64,000 nucleotides of DNA from a virus: IMG/VR virus record IMGVR_UViG_3300036781_000806, positions 2,430 through 66,429 of that record; one strand, written 5' to 3'. The notes under the pieces are model-generated. The model was given only the letters and a program-made list of their open reading frames with translations. It did no database searches and was not told where the DNA came from. The position numbers and the translations under genes were made by a program. Below are positions 29,468-38,422 of the stretch, one piece after another (position 1 is the first letter of the stretch; each line of letters opens with the position of its first letter).

Positions 29468-31450
29468 CTAGCGATTCATCCACGCTGGCGCGACTTTGCG
29501 CGGCGCTCGAATAACCTGCAAGGGTCTTGGGATTTCAGGCTCTTGCTCAACAACGCAACGCGGCGCGAGTGCCTCTTCCAGGGCCTTCCAGTGGTGCTCT
29601 TTGAACCTGTCGGCGCAGAGAGCGTACATGGCGCGGTTGTAGACCGCTAGGTCAAGAGGCTCGTTGCGTTCAAAGCGCTTCTGCCAGACCGCGAGACCCT
29701 TCTCGGTAATGACGCGCCGCTCACTGCATAGCCCCAGAAAGTACTGCATATCGTAACGGGGAAAGTGAATACGGTTCGGAGTCGGCTCGCTGGCTGACTT
29801 GGAGTATCTGAGGTTGTCGAACAGTTCCGCCTTGATGCACTGCGTGCCGACGTGGACGATTCGGACGCCCTGCTTTCGCCGTGCCGCCGATTCGTTGGTC
29901 ACCGAATGAATGATCTTGTTCTCATCGTTGCCACCCTTCACGGGCACGACCGTTTTCTGTGAATGGATCGAAACGCCCCCGGCGATGTTGTAGGCCGGTT
30001 GTGGATGCGTCAGGGCAAAGTTGTAGACCGGCTGAGGATTCATGCCAGTGTCGATCCCGATGGCCCAAATCGAGAGTGTGTTTCCGGACTCATGCCGGTA
30101 TTCGCGCTGTAGGACTCGCCTGTCGAGTTCGGCCCAGACTTCGGGAGAGTTCACCGGGAGAGGCGTGCGGTGGGCGTCTGTCGAGAACGCTTGGATGATC
30201 TGATAGTCAACGCTCCACGACTCCCGGTCACGTCCCCAAGCTCTAACCTCGACTTCTAGGCGTGGTGGTGATTCCTGAACGTCCACAGCGGCGGTCAGGA
30301 ATAAGCCGCGCTGTGGCACGACGGCGTTCTCACCGAACGGATAGCTTTCGCGGCGCTTGTAGAGAAGCTCCTCATCGGGGGTCACACCTAACTCGATCCA
30401 AGGCTCAGCGAGAACCGTGTTGATGAAGGTCTTGTGCTTGGTGCGATCCTTCCTGACCCTGAGATAGTGAGCGACGATTTCCTGGATGCTCTTCTTGGGT
30501 GAGTAGAGGTGTGAGATGTGGAATCCGGCTTTACCGGCGAAGGGTCTACGGGCCTTCCAAACGCCTTTCTCGCAAGCGTTGATCCGTTGCAAGTCGGTCC
30601 ATCTGGCGTGGCAGTGGATGCACTCATATCGGGCTGACTTGGCCCGCTCCAGGTTCGTGAGCTTCACGCCGTGCTGATCGAACTTGTCGAACTTCACGCC
30701 GGTCCAAAAGTCGAGCACCTGGGACTCCCCGCATGTGTGGCACGGAACCCAGTACTGGCGCATGTCGGTCTGGTTGTATTGGCGGAGGATCTTGGAGCTG
30801 TGTTCGAGCGTGGGCGAGCAGGCCATGATGACCTTGTGCCGAGGCTTAAACTGCATGACCCGGTTCATGGCGAGTTCGATAGGATCGCCCTCTCGGTCGA
30901 CGTCGGCGGCATATCGATCGATCTCGTCCATCAAGAGGTACTGAATCGTTTTCGAGGCGAGGTTGCCGCCGACCTGGGTGCCGGTCAGCGATAGCGAGCC
31001 GTTCGGGAAGGTCTTGCTGAGGATTGTGTTGGTGGCTTTCTTGGCTCCAGGACCGTGGGAGGTCTCGAGGACCTTGCCAGTCAGAATCGGGCTGTCGCGC
31101 AGCATCGGAGCCAGCCGCTTCGTCGAGAACTCGGCCCCGTCGCGATCCTTCTCAAAAAGCATTAGGACCGGACCCGGAACGCACGCGATGATATAGGCAA
31201 GCGCGGCCTGCATCGTGAGGGTCTTGACCATTTGGGTTGAGGACATCAGCACGATTTCTTGCGTGTTCTCGTCCGTGAAAGCGTTGAAGACTTCCCGTTG
31301 GAAGTTGTAGAGGCGAATCGGGCCGGTTCGGGGCGCGTATTCGGAGGACAGGTAGAAGTGCTTCTCCGCCCACTGATCTAATGGCAGGCGCTCAGGTGGG
31401 CTGAGCAACCGCAGCCACTCTCTGAACTGCTTCTTTAGATCGTTAGACAT
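29468..31450 (-). CDS. terL: Terminase large subunit (lambda gpA family), left copy
   Basis: Q..KT Walker A variant, LLMDEID Walker B, EGDP, SPT, VPC..CG, DVQ, RNEPLD. Confidence 0.95.
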   Translation of the reverse strand: MSNDLKKQFREWLRLLSPPERLPLDQWAEKHFYLSSEYAPRTGPIRLYNFQREVFNAFTDENTQEIVLMSSTQMVKTLTMQAALAYIIACVPGPVLMLFEKDRDGAEFSTKRLAPMLRDSPILTGKVLETSHGPGAKKATNTILSKTFPNGSLSLTGTQVGGNLASKTIQYLLMDEIDRYAADVDREGDPIELAMNRVMQFKPRHKVIMACSPTLEHSSKILRQYNQTDMRQYWVPCHTCGESQVLDFWTGVKFDKFDQHGVKLTNLERAKSARYECIHCHARWTDLQRINACEKGVWKARRPFAGKAGFHISHLYSPKKSIQEIVAHYLRVRKDRTKHKTFINTVLAEPWIELGVTPDEELLYKRRESYPFGENAVVPQRGLFLTAAVDVQESPPRLEVEVRAWGRDRESWSVDYQIIQAFSTDAHRTPLPVNSPEVWAELDRRVLQREYRHESGNTLSIWAIGIDTGMNPQPVYNFALTHPQPAYNIAGGVSIHSQKTVVPVKGGNDENKIIHSVTNESAARRKQGVRIVHVGTQCIKAELFDNLRYSKSASEPTPNRIHFPRYDMQYFLGLCSERRVITEKGLAVWQKRFERNEPLDLAVYNRAMYALCADRFKEHHWKALEEALAPRCVVEQEPEIPRPLQVIRAPRKVAPAWMNR

Positions 31451-31919
31451 GGAACTCTTGAAGCTCCGCTAGTGCCCTCCTGATCTCGTCGTCGAGCAGA
31501 CGACGCACGTTGCCCTGGTCGGTCTCGGCTGCCAGCCGTTCGGAGAGTTCGGTCGGAATCCTGAGCAGGATGTCGCGGAACCGGATCAACATTCCGGACA
31601 CCCACAGGTTGATTTCGTTGACGTCGGCGAGCTGGCCCAGCTTGGTCCGGTGCTCCAACTCACGGAGATCGGCTAGCGCCCGTTCTTTTCTGGTCTGAGC
31701 AGCATGGAAGGATTCCAGGGCTTCGCCTTCGAGCGCCGGGTTTGATTCGCGCTTCTTCCGACGCGCTTCTTCACCGGCCAGCCACGCTTGACCCTCGTCG
31801 ATGATTTGTTGGGGTGTCTTACTGGCCTTGAGCTTCTTCCGGACTAGGGTCGTCGAACAGTGGGCTTGTAGGGCAATGTCGAGCGCCGACATGCCGTCTA
31901 CGCAAATCTTTGGTTTCAC
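31443..31919 (-). CDS. terS: Terminase small subunit (Nu1-like), left copy
   Basis: N-terminal HTH-like segment; A..RKE.A...LRELE....G.L; directly upstream of terL. Confidence 0.85.
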   Translation of the reverse strand: MKPKICVDGMSALDIALQAHCSTTLVRKKLKASKTPQQIIDEGQAWLAGEEARRKKRESNPALEGEALESFHAAQTRKERALADLRELEHRTKLGQLADVNEINLWVSGMLIRFRDILLRIPTELSERLAAETDQGNVRRLLDDEIRRALAELQEFHV

Positions 31920-31966
31920 CCAACTATGTAGGCAAATACCTTTCGAATACCCGAGGCTCTATAGAA

Positions 31967-32016
31967 TGCGCCGTAGTGCCAACCGCTTGCGGGGGTGGGT
32001 AGGGAAGGACCCTGGA
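31967..32016 (-). other. Putative cos site of left module (cosQ-like GGGTCCT at 32006-32012)
   Basis: 50-nt block aligning without gaps to 37013-37062, just upstream of terS. Confidence 0.7.
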
Positions 32017-32052
32017 ATAGCGGAACGGGTGCACGGATGTTAGGCTGTTCGC

Positions 32053-33066
32053 ATGGCAAAAGCGCTCCGTACGGCCGGGTCTGTCCTGCTTAGCGTATTC
32101 ATCGGAATCATTATCGCCAAGGCGCAGACTGACCCGACCCTTCCTTACGGCTGGATCTTACGAGATCCACGAGTAGTTCCTGTTCTAATCGCCGCGTTGA
32201 TCGTATGCGTTTTAGTCTTCGCGGGGCAGTTTGCGCCGGTTGCTACTGTTTACTGGAAGCTATTTCGCAGCGTAGTTCCACTTCAAGCGGCGGATGGCAC
32301 GCCACTTCCGCTAATGGGATTGACGATCAAATCAGCACGCTGGTATTGCACGGTTCGCGGGACCGAGCAAGACGTGACGAGAGCACTCCAAGGAAAGGTG
32401 GCTGGCGGCTATCTTAAAGTTCATGCTCATGACAATGTTCTCGGCGACGTTTGTAAACTGCATGGCGGCACCGGCGACCCCAAAACACTAGAAGTCGAGT
32501 TCGTCTATCATTCACGGGCTACTGCGACCCACGATGAATGGCTGACTATTCCCTGCCAAGAAGACCGCACACGGGAACTCCTACGAGAAATAGAGCGACG
32601 CTCAAGCGATGTCGAAACCCATCGAATTGAGTTACTGAATTGCAGGCACACTGCACAAGAACAGGCGGCCACGGCCCAGAAAATGTCTCGAGACCTTCAG
32701 GCAGAACGCGACTCGAACGAGAAGCTTTCAGCCAAGGTCCAGGACCTGCAGGCCCGCATTCCGGTTGTCGAAGACCCGGCCAAGGATATCGATCCGAACA
32801 CCTACCAACTTCTTCGAAATGCGTTTCCGCAGGATTGGAGGCAGCGGCTCGCTCTAAAGTGGATCTGGCAGCAATCTAGCTGCCCATTGGAGCAATTTCG
32901 CCTTACGTGCGAGAATAGCGGTTTTGCCGACTTCGAAGAGAAGATGGTTAAGCCAATACTGGGTAATCGCGTCCTTGTCGATTCTGATGACAAGGCTGCG
33001 TGGATAAAAACCCAAGAGGCAAGGAAGGTCCTCACGCAGTTGTTCAGAGAGTTCCCGCTATGTTGA
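32053..33066 (+). CDS. Moron: membrane protein with SUEL/DUF3395-like domain and coiled coil
   Basis: Two TM helices; I.SA.W...DVT..L...V...L.V....N.LGD....PK.L.V.F. Confidence 0.6.
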   Translation: MAKALRTAGSVLLSVFIGIIIAKAQTDPTLPYGWILRDPRVVPVLIAALIVCVLVFAGQFAPVATVYWKLFRSVVPLQAADGTPLPLMGLTIKSARWYCTVRGTEQDVTRALQGKVAGGYLKVHAHDNVLGDVCKLHGGTGDPKTLEVEFVYHSRATATHDEWLTIPCQEDRTRELLREIERRSSDVETHRIELLNCRHTAQEQAATAQKMSRDLQAERDSNEKLSAKVQDLQARIPVVEDPAKDIDPNTYQLLRNAFPQDWRQRLALKWIWQQSSCPLEQFRLTCENSGFADFEEKMVKPILGNRVLVDSDDKAAWIKTQEARKVLTQLFREFPLC

Positions 33067-33123
33067 CGATATGCAGATTGCGCTGAAGCCCGAACAGTTC
33101 CTCGCCATCAAAATAGGTGACCT

Positions 33124-35832
33124 TCAGTACGTCTTCATGACCAGCACACGAGCGTTGCCCGCTGACGCGCCTGTGTCCAGGAACAAGACATAGCTGCCGC
33201 TGCTGGGTGTGGTGGTTCCGGCGTCGTGCAACTTGCCACCTGACGTGCTCGATAAGATCCCGAAGTCGCCCGCCGTCCACGCGCCATCCGTTGCCCAACC
33301 TTGTACCTCAGTATCCCTTGAACCGGCAATGTAGAGGTTGCCTGATGTCGAGGTCTTGCCCGACAACGCCCAACCGATAAACGTCGTATCGCTGGTGCCA
33401 TTGTTGGCGACGTTACCGGTACCATCGAGCTTTACTCCAAGGCCTTGCGTGATCACGTTCGTTGACGCCGGAAAGTCCAACAACCGGCCCATAGCTGGAA
33501 CCGCCGTTCCCGCAGTTGAGGTATTGTTCCATTTCACCTGTCCGTCGATGTTACGGATCGTGAGGTTTTTTGACGGGTCGGTGGTGCCGTAGGTCAGGAT
33601 GCCGGTCGGGATCTGCACGTCCGAGATCACGCCCTGCATGGTGGAGGCGTCGAGGGCTTTCAAGCTCGAAGAAACCATCGTGATCACGCAGTCATGAATC
33701 CTGACGCCCGTGACGGCTTGGGTCGCATAGATCCCGATTGAATCAGACGTGCAATGCAGCCCGCTCACTTCATCGAGGTTTGCGTTGATCGCTAGACACC
33801 GGCTCGCTACCGTCTGCGATCCGTTGACGGCGTCGCCGTGCGAGGCCACATTGGTGGCGTTCAGCTTGATGGCCCCAGTTCCCTGGTTCCAGTTCGAGAT
33901 GCTGTTGTGATTCGATTCGCAAAAGCTTTGGCTGAGTGAGATTGCAGTTTGATTCTTTCCGGAGTTGGCATTCAAGACGCTGACGAAGTTGTTGCTTATC
34001 GCGCACGTTGCACCTGTGCCGCCCGAGGTGCCGGACAGCCAAATGCAGCTGGATGTATTGCCGCACGCATCCTCTAAGAGGTTACCTTCCACCACGGCAG
34101 GAGCCTGAAACACGATGCCACCCACAAGGCTTGCGCCGGAGTTCACGCGTTGACGGCACGTGTTCTTGGTGATGGTTCCATATCGATTCAGGGGCGTGCC
34201 GTTCGGGACCTCGGGGTTTACGCCGTCAGAATTGATCGAGTCGAGGATGATGCACGCCGTGTTGTAGTTCACAATGACGTTGCTGTCATAGACGGCTCCG
34301 CTCGAATCTTCCTGCGGGACGGCCTTGTGGCCATGGATGCCGTATCCGAAGACACCCTCGATGTAATTGCTTTCAACTCGGTTGCCTGCGCCCTGGTCGT
34401 AGATGCCGTGCTGGGTGGTTGATGAGCCGACGTTGATGATGCGGCAGCCTCGGACCACGTTGCTAGAGCTGTTCAGTACGATTGCCGTGGCCTTGAAGGA
34501 ATCATGGATGTAGCAGTTCTCGATGATCGCGCCTTGGTAGCCCTGGCTGTTCGAAGTGACGGTGTCGGAGCTGGAATGAGCGTTCGCGAACGTCGCCGTG
34601 AAGGTGGCGGCGGTCTTCGCGGTCACCGTGACAGCCTCGGACGTTCCCCCAATCAAAAGCCGCTGGCCGACATAGATGAACCCCATGTTGCCCGGTGTGA
34701 CGGTTTGGGAGCCAGTTGAAACGGACCCGCCCACGGTTGTGTTGACCATCGTCTGTGTGTACGGCTGAAAAGTCGAGATCCCGGAACCGCCCGACGTGAG
34801 GTTGTTGCCATAGATGCCCGAGATCTCAATGTTGTAGAGGTGCGGGCTGAAAGCGCCGTTGTTGATCGCTATCCCGGTCCAGTCAAACGATCCGGACATG
34901 CCGGAACCGTTCAGGATGCTCAGATCGTGAATACACTGGTTCGTGCCGTTGACCTGGAACACAGTGGTTGCGCCCGTTAGGGTGACGTTAGCGGCGTACT
35001 GAAGAATCGTGACTCCGGGTCCGTCGCCGTAGACGCACAGACCGTTCGATGAAGAAGTCAGATTCAGTATCGTTCCGGTGGTGCCGGTGATCGAATAGGT
35101 TCCGGCTGGGATGTACAGGGCTTTCTTGCCTGATGCGATAACGGCTGACAGAGCATTCGTAAGCGCTGTGGAAGCATCCGATACGCCTGTGCTGTCGGCT
35201 CCGAAATCGGTTTTGGCGTTGACGGTGTCACGCGCCCGCGCGTCGAGTGTCGTGGCAGCGGCTCCTGTGCCGGGATTCGTGAAGGCCACGTCGCCTGCTA
35301 CAGGTTGCGCCGCCGAGACCGTGCCATCTGTCGCAATTTGCATCAAAAACTGGTGTGTGACCTGAGAGAAGGACTTGACGCCGCCCAACGAAGATGGTCC
35401 TGGATTGGGAAGACGGCCAGCCGGAAGCGTTCCGTTCGAAATGTTCGATGCGTTTGTGGTGTCGGTCGAGCACGAACTGGCAGCGTTAGAAAGATCACCG
35501 CAAGCTGGCTGCTGCTTCGTGATTGATCCGTCTGCGTTGATGGCAGTCAGAAAGCTATGAAGCGTCGCCGGACTCGTCATGATTCCACCAAGCGTTGAGA
35601 CCGTGGGCGCGGGCATTTGGCCGGAGGGCAGTTTGCCGGAACCGTCGAGCGAGGCGTAGCCGTTCGATTGCCCTTTCTGAGCAATGCTTTGCTTGGCAGA
35701 CAGATCCGTGGTCAAGTTGGTGACGGCGGATTCAGGAACGTTGGAAACGGTGGCACGGTTGCCGTTGATGGTGGTCTGGCTGAACACAGCGCTCGTGATG
35801 AGCAGCCCCAGGGTGAGAAGTTTCTTAGTCAA
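33124..35832 (-). CDS. Right-handed beta-helix (pectate lyase 3-like) spike/depolymerase with signal-peptide-like N-terminus
   Basis: VNAK.DFGA...G..D...A, LYIPAGTY, PbH1-like repeats; KG..NGYASLD.SGK.P fibre motif. Confidence 0.75.
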   Translation of the reverse strand: MTKKLLTLGLLITSAVFSQTTINGNRATVSNVPESAVTNLTTDLSAKQSIAQKGQSNGYASLDGSGKLPSGQMPAPTVSTLGGIMTSPATLHSFLTAINADGSITKQQPACGDLSNAASSCSTDTTNASNISNGTLPAGRLPNPGPSSLGGVKSFSQVTHQFLMQIATDGTVSAAQPVAGDVAFTNPGTGAAATTLDARARDTVNAKTDFGADSTGVSDASTALTNALSAVIASGKKALYIPAGTYSITGTTGTILNLTSSSNGLCVYGDGPGVTILQYAANVTLTGATTVFQVNGTNQCIHDLSILNGSGMSGSFDWTGIAINNGAFSPHLYNIEISGIYGNNLTSGGSGISTFQPYTQTMVNTTVGGSVSTGSQTVTPGNMGFIYVGQRLLIGGTSEAVTVTAKTAATFTATFANAHSSSDTVTSNSQGYQGAIIENCYIHDSFKATAIVLNSSSNVVRGCRIINVGSSTTQHGIYDQGAGNRVESNYIEGVFGYGIHGHKAVPQEDSSGAVYDSNVIVNYNTACIILDSINSDGVNPEVPNGTPLNRYGTITKNTCRQRVNSGASLVGGIVFQAPAVVEGNLLEDACGNTSSCIWLSGTSGGTGATCAISNNFVSVLNANSGKNQTAISLSQSFCESNHNSISNWNQGTGAIKLNATNVASHGDAVNGSQTVASRCLAINANLDEVSGLHCTSDSIGIYATQAVTGVRIHDCVITMVSSSLKALDASTMQGVISDVQIPTGILTYGTTDPSKNLTIRNIDGQVKWNNTSTAGTAVPAMGRLLDFPASTNVITQGLGVKLDGTGNVANNGTSDTTFIGWALSGKTSTSGNLYIAGSRDTEVQGWATDGAWTAGDFGILSSTSGGKLHDAGTTTPSSGSYVLFLDTGASAGNARVLVMKTY

Positions 35833-36379
35833 GGTCTTGTACTCCGTATGTGTCCGCGATCAGCGACAGGCCGTCAGGAGAGACGAATGTCTGAACGTTC
35901 CGTTTACCGGCCAGCGTTCCAAGCTCCATACCGCCCGAGACGTTATCTGGCCATGTAACCGACCGTGGGCCATCGGGATCGACCGTAATGATAACGGTAA
36001 CCCTTTGGCCAACCGTCATGTTCACGAAGGACGGGTTTGTGATGTCGCCGTTCGTGGTGAATAGTTGAACGTCGCCCCGCTGACAGTCGAAGACCGGTGA
36101 AGATGGATCGGGTGTGTTGGGAACCGCGTAAGCGCCGCCACTGCCTGAGAACGGTACGCCGTTGTTCAGGATCTGGCCAATGAAATTCAGGTCGCCCAGA
36201 ACGTCAAGGTCCGCTCCAAAAGTATGGTTGCCGGTCCACTCGTAGTCGCCATCGAGTTGGTCTGGGCCGAGGGTGCCTTGAACGGCGTGCGGAGCGTTCC
36301 AGTCGGAAGGCCGGATTACAGAGCTGTCTGCGCGGTCAGGCTTGTGACTGACCTTTTGGTGAATGATCGTGAGAGCCAC
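35825..36379 (-). CDS. Fibre-associated structural protein
   Basis: H.KVS..PD..D....PSDWNA.H N-terminal motif and G.RSVTWP C-terminal domain seen in phage fibre proteins. Confidence 0.6.
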   Translation of the reverse strand: MALTIIHQKVSHKPDRADSSVIRPSDWNAPHAVQGTLGPDQLDGDYEWTGNHTFGADLDVLGDLNFIGQILNNGVPFSGSGGAYAVPNTPDPSSPVFDCQRGDVQLFTTNGDITNPSFVNMTVGQRVTVIITVDPDGPRSVTWPDNVSGGMELGTLAGKRNVQTFVSPDGLSLIADTYGVQDLD

Positions 36380-36406
36380 ATGAAGTATGTAGCTCTAACT
36401 TGCTCG

Positions 36407-36652
36407 TCAGCAGGCCGAACGCTTGCGCTTGTACCGCCGAGGTGCCGAGGATGTGAACGCTTGCCGCACCACCTCCTTCGCAGCTTCTTGTGCCACCGTT
36501 TTGACAAATTCCTCAAAGAACAGACTGAGCAGGCTGGGAGGCTGGGCGTTTTGAACTGGAAGAGCACGTGGAACCACGATGACCCGAGGCTGCTGCATTG
36601 GCCCCGGCTTCATAACAGGCATACCGTTGTGTGAACGAGTTGAAACGTACAT
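36407..36652 (-). CDS. Hypothetical protein
   Basis: GGAGG SD. Confidence 0.5.
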   Translation of the reverse strand: MYVSTRSHNGMPVMKPGPMQQPRVIVVPRALPVQNAQPPSLLSLFFEEFVKTVAQEAAKEVVRQAFTSSAPRRYKRKRSAC

Positions 36653-36683
36653 CTTGCTAAACCCTCCTTGCTCGAAATCTGGC

Positions 36684-36932
36684 CTATGGCAAAACGTCGA
36701 AGGCGCGATCTCCGACCTTTATCCGTGCGACCTTTGCGCATCGCTTGCAGCCGACCCGCTTACCGGGCGCGGCCTTCACTGGCTGGCTCGAAGGTTGCGT
36801 AGAGCACCCGCACAACGTCGAACCAACTGGACCATCCTCGGCTTTGTTGGACTCCGCAAAATGGCTGAGCGTACCGGATGCGGTTTTAACGACCCAAAGC
36901 GGCTGTCTGTGATATAGCGGCACTCGCCCCAT
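36684..36932 (-). CDS. Small putative Zn-binding protein
   Basis: H...LCG...CKRC. Confidence 0.5.
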   Translation of the reverse strand: MGRVPLYHRQPLWVVKTASGTLSHFAESNKAEDGPVGSTLCGCSTQPSSQPVKAAPGKRVGCKRCAKVARIKVGDRAFDVLP

Positions 36933-37012
36933 TTTAGACCGTCGTCCCGTTCATGCAAAGGGGTATTTGGAAATCCGAAGAGCGAGAGCAGCTAAGTATT
37001 CCAGCAACGATC

Positions 37013-37062
37013 TCCAGGGTCCTCTCCGCAAACCCCGCGCTCGCGGTTGGTCTTACGGCGCA
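37013..37062 (+). other. Putative cos site of right module (cosQ-like GGGTCCT at 37017-37023)
   Basis: Homologous to 31967-32016 in inverted orientation; ends 16 nt upstream of terS. Confidence 0.7.
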
Positions 37063-37078
37063 CAAACAGCCTCCTTAC

Positions 37079-37549
37079 ATGGTCGAAACCTCACAACAAC
37101 TAACCGTTTCTGAACTCGCGATGCAGGCCGACATCAATGTCGGCACCGCCTCCAGGAAATTGAAGCAGGGTAAGTCGCCAGAGCAGATCATCGAAGAAGC
37201 CCAACAGTGGCGGCACCAGATGAGCCAGCGGAGCCAGAAAAGGGCGTCTGAAAAGGCCGCTCCTGACGGTGACATCTCTTACATCGAGGCTCAGCGCCTG
37301 AAGGAGATCGCCCTCAAGAATCTGCGCGAGTTGGAATATCAGGTCAAATCCGGTGACTTGGTTCCTGTGGCTGAGGTCAACGCTTGGGTTGCCGGAATGA
37401 TTATCGAAGCTCGTAACATCCTGCTCCGCATAGCTCCGGAGCTTCGAGACCGGCTGTGCATCGAGCAAGACCCGGCAGAGATCGACCGGCTTATCAGTCA
37501 AGAGGTTGACCGGGTCCTGCAGAGGCTGGCTGAATTCAAACCGAATTAA
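37079..37549 (+). CDS. terS: Terminase small subunit (Nu1-like), right copy
   Basis: Paralog of 31443-31919. Confidence 0.85.
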   Translation: MVETSQQLTVSELAMQADINVGTASRKLKQGKSPEQIIEEAQQWRHQMSQRSQKRASEKAAPDGDISYIEAQRLKEIALKNLRELEYQVKSGDLVPVAEVNAWVAGMIIEARNILLRIAPELRDRLCIEQDPAEIDRLISQEVDRVLQRLAEFKPN

Positions 37550-37577
37550 GAATGCGATACTAGACACTGGAAATCGC

Positions 37578-38369
37578 ATGCTCGTGTTCTATGGAGACGA
37601 TAGCGGGTCAAGTCCAAGGGACGGCGTTTGCCTCGTTGGAGGTTATCTTGCCACGCAATCGACGTGGTTCTACGATATCGAGATCCCGTGGAGACGTGCC
37701 TTGGCCGAGGATCCGCAAATCCACTATTTCAAAGCTTTTGAATGTGAAAAACTCGTCGGGGAGTTTAAAGGATGGGATCGCCTAATGGCAGACGAGAAGT
37801 TAGAACGTCTCGTTGGTGTTGTGGCATCCCAGGCCGTGAAGCTGCGGGAGTTCAGCTCCTCCATCCGTTGGAGTGAGTTTGAAAACAGCGTCACCGGTGC
37901 TGTCCGCTCGGTCTACAATCATCCTTATTACTTCTGCGTGCACGGCGTCGTGAGCTTGATTGCTCGTGAATATCTACTTGAGATTGCAAAGGTGTCTGGC
38001 GTTCCAACAAGGGCCACCCGAGCGGTCGCTTATGCCTTTGATCTGCAGGCTCAGCAAGCGGAAATGTCCAAACAGTATCACCACGTTGGAGAGACCGTGG
38101 ATTCGTATATTTCCTCCACAATGGGGTCGATATCGTTTTATGACGACTTGGAAGTGGTGCCACTCCAAGTGAGCGACCTAATCGCGTGGCACCTGCGTCG
38201 AGATATTTTGAAGCCTAAGCGCGATCTCGGAGTGACGCGACCTGCACTTGTGACCTTGAGGAAACATTATGCATTTGAGACCAAAGAGGCCCGATGGAAT
38301 CCTAACAAACTCGAGGAGTTTTGCGATAAGGTAGACGCGGGATTAAAGGTGCCTCATTTATGGGACTAA
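37578..38369 (+). CDS. DUF3800-like (RNase H fold) moron between terS and terL
   Basis: FYGDDSG...VGGY, PLQ.SD.IAW motifs; lower GC; absent from the left module. Confidence 0.75.
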   Translation: MLVFYGDDSGSSPRDGVCLVGGYLATQSTWFYDIEIPWRRALAEDPQIHYFKAFECEKLVGEFKGWDRLMADEKLERLVGVVASQAVKLREFSSSIRWSEFENSVTGAVRSVYNHPYYFCVHGVVSLIAREYLLEIAKVSGVPTRATRAVAYAFDLQAQQAEMSKQYHHVGETVDSYISSTMGSISFYDDLEVVPLQVSDLIAWHLRRDILKPKRDLGVTRPALVTLRKHYAFETKEARWNPNKLEEFCDKVDAGLKVPHLWD

Positions 38370-38422
38370 AAAGCTTGCTCTGCTAAGCCTGAAAAACTCA
38401 TCGGCTCATTAAATAGCCGTGC

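Larger units (their letters stand above)
8756..36391 (-). promoter_or_regulatory. TA(A/C)ATA late-promoter-like motifs, minus-strand late genes
   Basis: TAAATA at 8756, 14591, 19401, 20257, 23502, 26764, 27638, 29448; TACATA at 21306, 31925, 36386 (left coordinate of each hexamer). Confidence 0.65.
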
